Assembly (NCBI RefSeq): GCF_964188315.1
Contig: NC_135656.1
Span: 42,222,001 to 42,286,000 of the forward strand
Direction of reading: 5' to 3'
Source of the DNA: Podarcis muralis
Lineage: Eukaryota
DNA: 64,000 nt
This document shows positions 12,601-21,450 of this stretch, piece by piece. The notes beneath the pieces were generated by a model. It worked only from the letters and a program-made list of their open reading frames with translations. It searched no databases and was not told the origin of the DNA. The translations under genes and the position numbers were made by a program. Position 1 is the first letter of the stretch, and each line of letters starts with the position of its first letter.

Positions 12601-14374
12601 AATGGAAAAGCTTTTATTTTCTAATATTAACTGAGTTTTAATGTATTTTCCACTAATCTCCATTTTCTGTCTCTGCTTCATAGTGCACCCTCTCTTCTCT
12701 GTGCCTTACTATAAGGGCACTCTCAGTTTCTAAGTCTTAATTTCTCTCTGCAGACCACTGAACCCATTCCTTTTTCCATTTCCTCATCTGTACGAGTCTG
12801 CACCTCCAACTTCTTAACTTCCCTGTGTTTTCTTACTACAGTGGTACCTCTAGTTACAGACTTGATCCATTCCAGGGTGCCGTTCGCACCCTGAGAAGTC
12901 CGCAACTAGAGCGCTGCAATAGAGCACTTCTGCGCATGCGCGCATGGCGAAACCCGGAAGTATACACTTCTGGGTTTGCCACGTTCGTATCCTGAAAAAA
13001 CGCAACCAGAGACTGACGTAACAAGAGGTACAACTGTATGCAGTTCTCTGCATCTTGCAGTGTTTTTTTCTGTTTGCACCCAGTTTCTGTATACACTTTA
13101 AAAATCACCTCTCTCGTTTTGCTTTCTTTCCTATTGTGTTCCCCCTCAAAATACTTCATTGAGAGTGGCAGCAATAGCCCCAGGAAATCCACCCTAGTGA
13201 AGGGTCCACAGATGCAGGTGGACCATGCAGCATGCTTAGTACGCTGCAGCAGGCTTGAAAGACATATCTGAATCCAGGAAGAGGAAGTGTTATATAGGCA
13301 TTCTCTCATTTCCAGTCCAATTTGGAAGGGTTTCAGTAGGCATTATATGTTCTTGTAAAGATGTGGGAAGGGGCCACAAATGATGGGATGTGGAATTTCC
13401 CCAAGTAGCTGCAAATAGAAGGGAGGAGACCACAATCAGTCTGTGAACTGAACATTGGGCACACCTAGACTGTACTCTATGGAGAGTTTTAACAACTTTT
13501 GCAAAATGAACAGTAATTGCTGTGTAAATTGCAAGATATTTTAAAACTCTTTATAAATTGATATGTACCCACCCACTGGAGTGGGGTGACTTTTTAAATT
13601 TCTGTCACATCCTGGAGGTTAAAAGAAATGAGTTTGCTTGTATAATGGAGAACACATTTTCTTGTTTTCAGAAAGATTATTGAGACACTTGTTGGTTGAA
13701 ATGCCGTAGTTCCCCCCAAAAATGATCAGGGATCTTTCACTTGTATCAGAGACTTGATTATATCTACTAGTGAAAGAAAAGGAATGAAAGTGTCCTGATT
13801 TCTTGTAACTTTTGTATTTGATTTTCTTCAAGTTCTGTAGTTTAAAGCATACCAAAAATAAATAAATTAGTGCAGTAGTCAAGGCCTTAAAATTATTTTT
13901 ATGCGATGGCCCCACTCAACAACAGAAACTTGCTTACCCAGCTATATATTGTAGACTGCTCAGTTCCTGTGGTGTTTAATGCTGGGTGTCAGGTGGTTCT
14001 GATTTGTTTTTCAGGGGGAGAATCCCTTCACAGATGATCCTGAAGAGAAAGAGGAGCATGAGGAAGGTGAGGCAGGAACAAGTGGAAATATGGAGGAGGG
14101 AGCAGCTGAAGGTGAAGAAAACAAGGTTGAAGAAGAAACCAAAGGTGGAGACAATCTGGCTGAGGAAGACGTAGTTGAAGAAGGTACTGCAGAAAACAAA
14201 GGAAATGATGATGAAGAACCACCACCAGGACAAATGGAAGAGCAGAATTTGAACACATCCCAGGAATCATTTGCTGCCGAGCAGGAGCAAGAATATGATG
14301 AAGAAGAAGACAAAGAAAAAGAAGAAAGAAAAGGAGTCATACCTTCAGAGGATATGGAACCACCTGATGAGTGA
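438..14374 (+). CDS. AKAP8L: A-kinase anchor protein 8-like, spliced CDS, exons 4-14 (5' exons outside window)
   Basis: 11 exons with AG/GT boundaries and compatible phases: 438-675, 3478-3937, 4398-4515, 5353-5396, 6813-6867, 8969-9077, 9508-9649, 10035-10140, 11095-11225, 12219-12314, 14015-14374. Translation matches recalled AKAP8L motifs ([96 protein letters not shown]|GENPFTD). Two AKAP95-type C2H2 zinc fingers. Confidence 0.95.
913..1128. mobile_element. Tc1/mariner (Tigger/pogo-like) MITE, subfamily A
   Basis: TA|CAGTGGTACCTCAGGTT ... AACCTGAGGTACCACTG|TA; internal repeats of caggttaagaac; sister copy at 42402-42631. Confidence 0.85.
3478..3937 (+). CDS. AKAP8L: AKAP8L exon 5
   Basis: ttgcag|G TAT GAT ... 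TTT AAA|gtaagt; 460 nt; [27 protein letters not shown]...[12 protein letters not shown]...WKMWDADFK. Confidence 0.95.
4398..4515 (+). CDS. AKAP8L: AKAP8L exon 6 (basic NLS region)
   Basis: ttcatag|AAA AAA AGA ... GAT AAT G|gtaaga; 118 nt; [39 protein letters not shown]. Confidence 0.9.
5353..5396 (+). CDS. AKAP8L: AKAP8L exon 7
   Basis: ttttcag|AA GAG GGC ... AAA AAT|gtgagt; 44 nt; [15 protein letters not shown]. Confidence 0.88.
6257..6383. mobile_element. Degenerate palindromic hAT-type MITE
   Basis: ggccctccagat...gactacaac...catc core shared with 30945 and 50403; flanks gcatagaa/gcttagag (6/8 match). Confidence 0.55.
6813..6867 (+). CDS. AKAP8L: AKAP8L exon 8
   Basis: attttag|GAG GGA ... 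GAG AAA G|gtaagt; 55 nt; [18 protein letters not shown]. Confidence 0.88.
6944..7163 (+). mobile_element. 5'-truncated L1-type retroposon 3' end with 18-bp TSD
   Basis: aagatgtgtggaatattg at 6926-6943 and 7164-7181 flanks a T-rich 220-bp insert ending AATAAA-gatttt-A run. Confidence 0.8.
7950..8146. mobile_element. Tigger/pogo-like MITE, subfamily B
   Basis: TA|CAGTCATACCTTGAGTT ... AACCCGAGCGTCCACTG|TA; CpG-rich core; reverse orientation to the 12839, 16101 and 17661 copies. Confidence 0.85.
8969..9077 (+). CDS. AKAP8L: AKAP8L exon 9
   Basis: atgtag|GA GCT ATG ... GTG GAA AG|gtaagt; 109 nt; [35 protein letters not shown]. Confidence 0.93.
9508..9649 (+). CDS. AKAP8L: AKAP8L exon 10 (zinc finger 1)
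   Basis: taacag|G ATT CAG ... CTC CAG|gtcggc; 142 nt; [47 protein letters not shown]. Confidence 0.94.
10035..10140 (+). CDS. AKAP8L: AKAP8L exon 11
   Basis: atgcag|GAG TAT ... ACC CAG G|gtaggt; 106 nt; [35 protein letters not shown]. Confidence 0.93.
10536..10961. mobile_element. hAT non-autonomous element nested in an older palindromic hAT MITE (about 10499-11045)
   Basis: Ends CAGCGTTCACAA/TTTCTAACACTG; 8-bp TSD gttgctga/gttactga; homologous along its length to 48352-48727. Confidence 0.8.
11095..11225 (+). CDS. AKAP8L: AKAP8L exon 12 (zinc finger 2)
   Basis: tctcag|AC ATA GGT ATG ... CGC AGA|gtaagt; 131 nt; [43 protein letters not shown]. Confidence 0.95.
12219..12314 (+). CDS. AKAP8L: AKAP8L exon 13
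   Basis: ttctag|GCT ATG ATG ... CTG AAG|gtaaaa; 96 nt; [32 protein letters not shown]. Confidence 0.95.
12839..13036. mobile_element. Tigger/pogo-like MITE, subfamily B-related
   Basis: TA|CAGTGGTACCTCTAGTTAC ... GTAACAAGAGGTACAACTG|TA. Confidence 0.85.
14015..14374 (+). CDS. AKAP8L: AKAP8L exon 14, coding part (acidic tail, TGA 14372-14374)
   Basis: tttcag|GGG GAG AAT CCC TTC ACA ... GAT GAG TGA; 119 aa, [14 protein letters not shown]...DMEPPDE. Confidence 0.93.
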   Translation, partial: GENPFTDDPEEKEEHEEGEAGTSGNMEEGAAEGEENKVEEETKGGDNLAEEDVVEEGTAENKGNDDEEPPPGQMEEQNLNTSQESFAAEQEQEYDEEEDKEKEERKGVIPSEDMEPPDE

Positions 14375-14410
14375 ACTTGCACAGAAGGTTGAAGCATTTT
14401 GAGACTCTGC

Positions 14411-14416
14411 ATTAAA
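14411..14416 (+). terminator. Candidate AKAP8L polyadenylation signal (ATTAAA); next canonical AATAAA at 15678-15683
   Basis: ATTAAA 37 nt after the stop, followed by a TG-rich stretch. The true 3' end cannot be fixed without RNA data. Confidence 0.35.
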
Positions 14417-15278
14417 ACTTTTTAAACCATAACTGTATTTGTGACACTACATGGCACGCAGCTTTGTTTCTCATTGACTACATTTTCACCTAGTTACAGC
14501 ACTTGAAAGCCTTTATCTGTAAAGTGTTTTTGGAAATAGCTTTTTTTAACCAAATCTTCATTGTATTAGCTAGGTTTTGTGCAGTACAATTTTTAGGTGG
14601 CTTTATACTAGGAAAATACCCCCCCTCCTTTTTGAGTAAATAACTCAAAACCAAATTGTGTTAATTGGCTTCCAACTTTGGGGGGAGGTAATTGTCCTCT
14701 AATTTTCTCCCCCCTCCCCCTTTAACTTTGTATATAGTTGAAGATGTTTTTGTTCCCTAGCCAGCCGTGTCTGGATATGTCAATAGCAGAATTCTGGGTT
14801 TTAAATTCTGCACGATCGGAGTAACTTCCATGCAACTGTAGCATTCTTCTACTCTACCTTTTTACTTTTAATATGCAGAAGTAATACTTGGGGGTCAGCA
14901 CAATAGTTTTTCCAGTGCTTTTATTTAAGGATGAATTCTTCCAGTGGATTGAGATAATATTAGGATTACCTGTACATGTGGGTTTTTGGAAGAAGCAGCC
15001 ACATGAACGGTGTGCAGGAAGCCTAAAAAAGGGATAAATGCATCCCAGCACATTCGTAAAAGGCAATTCAGCATTGCTCCTTTTGAGTTTTGTCCTGATG
15101 TTGTTTAGGGGACATCATTTATGCTGCTTGCCTTAGATTGCTATTCTGTAAATGAAGGCTATGGTAGCCCATATGAAAGATGAAGAGTGTTACAGAAACA
15201 TTAAATATTCCCTTCAATGCAGTTCTTTGGCAGTTGTCTCATTCTAAATCATCCTGCAATCTCAGCAATGTACTACTG

Positions 15279-15280
<2 letters not shown>

Positions 15281-15350
<70 letters not shown>
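15281..15350. repeat. Compound microsatellite (TC)21(TG)14
   Basis: Read directly from the sequence. Confidence 0.97.
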
Positions 15351-16100
15351 GATATGTGTGTGCTTTTTTACTACAACCCAAGGTTTATTTTGGTTACACT
15401 CTGCCCCATGAAGCAATAGTGCTACAACTACTACTGCTCTTGTTCATCCTTCATTTATTATCGTGTGTTTCTCTTCAAGTACATGTGTGCTTCCTACAGT
15501 GAAAACCAAGTAGTGGACTGGACAAGGTTTTATGATCCTTTGTTTCTGCTTTCCTGCTACATCAAAGGAAAAGGGTGAGTGAAGTAATTGTTGCACCACA
15601 GGATGCAGGCCTTGCTGCCATACACCACTCCTGCTACCTTAAGCCTTTGAAACACCTAGCATCTGGAGCTATATGGAAATAAATATTGCGAGTAAATTGC
15701 AAAAGTCATTACATTTAATCAATAGAAATAGAAATGTTGAAGGAGGCTTCAGAGTACAGTTTTTCTTTAGGAATGTGTAATGACTCAAGTGTTTAGAACA
15801 GTATGCTATGTTTTGTACCTTATCAAGTCTTAGATGTTCCTGATAATGAATTAAATGAACATTGGGTGTACAGTACTGAAATTATAGAACTAAACTCTTT
15901 TCTACATATCTGAACTGGCATCTTGAAATGAAGTGTGTGCTCTGTAAGTGAAGAAAATTTCTGCAACAGCTGTTAGCGAAGGATAGTAAGTTTTAGAAGT
16001 ATTATGGCAGTCACTGATTGTGGTATAGGTTTCTAATCTTTAAGTAGTCATTGCTGCCTTCTTCAAGCCATTTTAGGTATTTGCCTAAATGATAATAGTA

Positions 16101-16329
16101 CAGTGGAACCTCGGGTTGCGGACGTAATCCGTGACGGAGGCACGTCCACAACCAGCAGCGTTCGCATCCTGAAGTGCCACGTCTGCGCAGGCACCGGCAC
16201 AATTTGGTGCTTCTGCGCATGCGCGAGCGGCAAAACCCAGAAGTAACCCATTCTGGTACTTCCAGGTATCCCGCGGTCTGCAACCCGAAAACATGTAACC
16301 TGAAGCGTCCATAACATGAGGTATGACTG
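16101..16329. mobile_element. Tigger/pogo-like MITE, subfamily B
   Basis: TA|CAGTGGAACCTCGGGTT ... ATGAGGTATGACTG|TA. Confidence 0.85.
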
Positions 16330-17660
16330 TACATGTTAGTAGTAAAAGTGTGAGTTGCACAAAAATGTTAACTGTAGTTAGGGACAGCGTGTCCCGTTCT
16401 GCTGCTTGAGGCAAAACTGGGAGTCCTGCCCTGCCACCCCACTGCCTTTACCACTGGCACTAAATAGGTATCAACTTTTCCACCCCCACAGGGGCTTCTT
16501 CCACCTAAGGTGGCGGCATCACCCCGCCTCATGGGTGGGCTGCGCCAGACTGTGGTACCAACTTATTTTGTAGCCATCTTTTTATCAGCTGGTTAAACCC
16601 AAAAGGAGTGGTATTCATTTTAAAGCTTATATATACTTCTAAAAACCTCAGTAGCCTCGTATGCATTCCATCTTCATTATTGCACTAACAGCCCACACAT
16701 AAACATGCTTACTTGCTTGTTTGGAAAGGGGTGGAATTCACTGTAGTGCTAAGTGGGATATGCATGCACAGAACGAGGTCTGCTCACACAAAAAGTCTCT
16801 TCCCTACACACACCTCCCCTAAACCTGTTCTTTGGTTCCTCCCAAGCTTCCAGAGCAGATTTGCGGGGAATGTGGCAGGTGAATGTCCTGTTGAACCAGT
16901 AGACCTCATCTGTGCATGCAACAACTTAGTGGAATCCTGCTGTAAGTCTCTGTAAGTGAAGTGGGACCTATTTTGGGATAGATATTTAGAGTTGCAGGCT
17001 CAGCATGGAGTCCCCATGTTTGTCTCACAACTCTAAAGCAGGGGTGGGGACATATCGGGATAAAACTGACAGGCATGAGGTCTGGATGGCCTAGGGTCAA
17101 ATTAGGTATGATGTTGAACATGTCTATTCTTCACACACCCACTCCTGCAAAGCAAGTTGCAGCTTTAGGTGAAATGACACAGAAGGAAAGGTTAAACAGA
17201 GCAAATCTCAAATTTAGCAGTTAGTCAGTAAAAACAAGAATAAAAGGGGATCCGGATCCTAAAACTTCTCTGCCATGTTTGACCCTTAATGGGAGGCTTT
17301 TATGGATTAACTTAATTCAAAGCCTGTTAAGCTGGAGTCTGAGGGGCATCTCTAGAGGTTCCACTGTTATTAAGATTCTGTGGGGATAGCTGGGCTATCA
17401 AGTGCTATCGTACAAGGGTAGTACAGGAAGTAGTGGTGGCAGCAATTATCCTGGTGCTAAGTGCTTCATCTGGAGGAGGCTTTGTTGGGATTGAAGATCT
17501 GAGGAAGAGCCTTAGATTATAAAATTATTAAAGGTTATCTGAATCCCTTATTAAACTTCATTCATCCATCACACTCCATTACTGCTATTTACTAGTGAAA
17601 AGGAGGATAGATTGGTCCTTTTTGGAAATGTAAGGCGGCAGCTAAAGCTCCAATCCTATA

Positions 17661-17867
17661 CAGTGGGCGCTTGGGTTGCGAACGTGATCCATGCAGGATG
17701 CACGTTTGCAACCCGCAGTGGCGCGTCTGCACATGCGCGGGTTGCAATTCGGCACACAAGCGCAATTGCCGAAACCCGGAAGTAACCCGTTCCAGTACTT
17801 CTGGGTTTCGGCGGTCCACAACCCGAAAAAACGCTACCTGAAGCGTCTGTAACCCTAGGTATGACTG
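17661..17867. mobile_element. Tigger/pogo-like MITE, subfamily B
   Basis: TA|CAGTGGGCGCTTGGGTT ... CTAGGTATGACTG|TA; close reverse complement of 7950-8146. Confidence 0.85.
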
Positions 17868-20619
17868 TACACACTTGTCCAAGTAAGTCCTATTGAACTT
17901 TGGTATCTACTCAGAAGTTAGCTCCACTATCAGATTTTACCGTAAATTCTAGGCGAAGCTAGACAGTGAATTAAGGACAATGCCATAACATTGTATCTCT
18001 TTAAGGGGATGAATACCATTTCTTCACCTATACCATACTCCTGGTTCTTCTCAGAAAAAATGGAAAACATTTAAGAATTTCACAGCAGGGAAAATTCCAC
18101 CATGTATAGCTTCTTCCACTGCAACAGAGGTGGAAAACTACCTGGTGAAATTACCCCATCTATGCAATTCTTAAAAGCCTTTTAGTCTGGTCCTGGCACC
18201 CGTTTCTCTTTAGTATTGTTCATGATATATGTACGTCTCTGTTTCTTTCTCTTCAAATATGTACCAAATAGCCTCCTGCTTGAATGTTATTGACTGTGTT
18301 GCTGTACCAAATGTCAATTTTGTACATCGGTTTTAGAATTCGTTATCCTTTGTCATGAATTACAGTGTTCTGTCTATATAAAACTAAACTAAATCAAGTT
18401 GTGATTACCCGACAGTGATTTAAAAAAATAGCCAGAGCATTTCTTTTAATTGCAGCTTTGCCATGTGTGTGGAATTTTGTAAAGCTGCTGCTGAATCTGG
18501 AAAGCAGTGATTACTTTCACTGAAATGTTTACTTGGTAAACTGCAGGAAAAGCTAGACTCCATTTCTATATCTACTCGACTGTATATATAACTACTTTGT
18601 AAGTCCTGTAGTGTTTCCCTGTATCATAGATTTTGTTATTTTCATAGAATTTAGTTCTCGTCTAGAGATCAACTTGTGTCTGAAGTGCCAGGTTCATTTT
18701 GGAGCAATTGGCTTGTGCATGCTCACAGCTAAATTTCTAGGTCCTCGTTCATTTTAACTTAAATTTCTTCAGCTGCTTTTCCAAAGGAGATGAGCAAGGT
18801 CCATAGCAGCTGTCTAACCTACTTACATATACAGCCTCCACTACTGCCTAGTGTAGTTTCTATCAATTTTGTTTGCTATAGCGAACAAATCACACAATAT
18901 TTTTTGTACAAAAGAGCATACCTAGCCATCATGGATTGTACAAACATGGGGGCAAAGGTTAAGAGTCATGTTCCTTGCTTCAGTCACTTTTGCCTCTGGC
19001 CCCACCTGCTCCTAGAATGTGGCCCACTATCTGAAAAAGGCTCACCATGCCTGATTTACAGGGAGAAGTGGGGAGCTCCAAAACTGGACATCATAACTGA
19101 ACAATGTACTTATCTCTTCGTAATTTCTGCTGTTGCAAATAACAAATAAATGGTTGTTCATTTGTTCCCTCATCATGCTTATCACTGAGGATGAATGTAC
19201 TGATTTGCACAAAGTACACTGGACTATGGGTGGAAAAACCCAGGATTAAATATTGAACCACTATGATTATCAAGGATATCACAAACTTTAATGCTTTTTC
19301 TCTGTATAGTTGGGGAAATTGTGCTTCTTCAACCAGTTGGTTTTCACTATAGCTATGCTGTACTATCACAGATCTGCATTGTACCAAATTCTGTAAGTAC
19401 TGGTGCTGTTACAAATGAGTTAAACTGTTAGGATTGCATCCCATGTTACTGATGCTCTGTGCAGTCCCACTGAAATTAATGGGCAAGACTAATTTAGGGC
19501 CATAAATTACTGGGGATCTACTCTGTGTAGAACCTGGATATAACACAAATACTCCAGCTCAGGCTCGCCATCAGGTCATCATTAAGTGGTTGTGGAAAGG
19601 TTTAGCAGTCAAGGCCCGTACTATTTAGTGAGTGTGTCTCAAGATTAGGAAATAGAGCAACAGCAGGTTTACAATCTTTGTGCCTGTAACAGCTGCATTA
19701 TGGATAGTTTCTCTGTTGGAAATGAAAGAATGGCTGTGCTAGAGCACGTTTTGCATGCAGAAGACCTCAGGATAAACACCTGCCCTTTCCAAGTAGTACT
19801 GAGGAAGCATTCCTGTCTGAAATCCTGAAGATCTGCAGTCACTGTAGATGATACTGGACAGGACATATAACGTATCTTCCTCTGTTCCCAAAACAGGAAA
19901 GAAGGTTGAGGGGGGGTCACTGCATCCTTGTAAAACAATTCAGCAATGTACAGCTATTTTTAAAAATAAAGTTCCATGCAGACCTCTCTTCCCATTCTGT
20001 CAGAAATGGGTAGACCAGGAGTACTGGAACTGTAATAGAAATTAATAGAATTCCAAATAATTATATTATATCTGAGGCTCTCTTCCATTGCAGTGCTTTG
20101 AAATAGTTATGCCCTTTACCCACAGAAACTTGTAGGGAAAAGTGCACCTTAATGATAGAGAATCTATAATTATTAAAATACTATAAAACATGTATTTATA
20201 CTTCCATATGGATGGTGACCTATAGAAGCTTATGCTGTATTACATTAATTCGTATTTAAGGTGCCACAAGACTGTTTCACCAGTTTAGAAAAACATCTAG
20301 AAATTCAGCAGGTGCCTACCTAATTTCACGACAGCGAAAGGCTGTAGGAGTTAAATTACAAACCAGTCTTTTAACAAGGAGTACTGTCCTAGTTTAGAGA
20401 GACAGCATTTTTAAACCATGATACCAAACTAGATTTTGGATTTTGCAACAAAAAATCATTGCGAAAGGGACAGGAGTGTAACATCTATATCATTTTTCAT
20501 CTGCAACATGCATTGAAAAGCGCAGGTCTCTGCTAGGGTGGTGGGGAAATAAGTCACCCTCTTGCAGCTGCTTTCTTTTTTGTGTGTGAGCGAAGAGTTA
20601 TTTCACAGCACTGCAACAA

Positions 20620-21450
20620 ATGAGATCATCTCCCCGCGGCCACTTCATATAGGCTCATAATACACCGCGTTGTTTCCTTCCACCGTTGCCTCTCACCAAT
20701 TTAAGCAGGAACCGGAAAATTCTCTTAAACGAGCCATCTCGGTCGCTTTAAGAAGCCAGGCCAATGGGAAGGGATTTCACGCGGCGAGGCGGGAGTAGGA
20801 GCTGCTCAGGTGAAACACGAATGGGCAGGACTTTGAGATCGCAACCAATAGAAACTCAGAAGTCCGCAAGAGGAGCCAATCCGCGGTGGGCTCCAACGCT
20901 CGCGCAGTGAGGGTATAGGTTACTCTGCGTGGTCGCAGGTTGACGGAGAGGGAAGCCATGGATCAGGGCTATGGTGAGAGCTGGCGCTGCAGGGGCGGGG
21001 GAAGGGAGCGGGAAACCCGGCAAACGCGGGTTAGGCTTCGCTGGGGATAGGGCTGTTTACCTCACCGTGGTGGCTTTTCGCACCGACTAGGCCTGGTGGC
21101 TCTCAACCGCCTCCGCGAGACACGGGCGGCGTTGATTGGCCATCGGCGCTGCCCCTCTCGGAGATTGGCCTGGCGAATGGAGCGCCTCTTTCTAATCTCC
21201 GCGGTCTGCGAGGAAGGCGGGACTAGGCCCTTTTTCCGAAGACGACACAAAATGGCGCCGAGGCGACCCCTTTCCTCTGCGCCAGCGCCCGGTTCCTGCA
21301 CCCCATTCTTTGCGCGGGGTGCCGCCTCTTCCCCTCCTCCCCCGGGGGTGGGGGTTTAACTTTTGTAGCCGGCCTGCCCCCTCCTACAGACACCCGCAGC
21401 TTCCTGGGCTTAGCGCTTGGTCCATATAGAGAAGTCGTTTCCACATCTCT
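20620..21450 (+). promoter_or_regulatory. AKAP8 CpG-island promoter with CCAAT boxes
   Basis: CpG-rich segment spanning exon 1. CCAAT at 20696, 20761, 20845, 20876; ETS-like CCGGAA near 20712; inverted CCAAT at 21135 and 21164; YY1-like AAAATGGCG near 21249. Confidence 0.85.
20958..20973 (+). CDS. AKAP8: AKAP8 exon 1, coding part
   Basis: gaagccATGG Kozak context; ATG GAT CAG GGC TAT G|gtgaga (MDQGY). Confidence 0.92.

Noticed and set aside
13976-14412. Antisense and out-of-frame ORFs over AKAP8L exon 14 (likewise over exon 5 and AKAP8 exon 14)
   Set aside because: Shadows of low-complexity coding exons.
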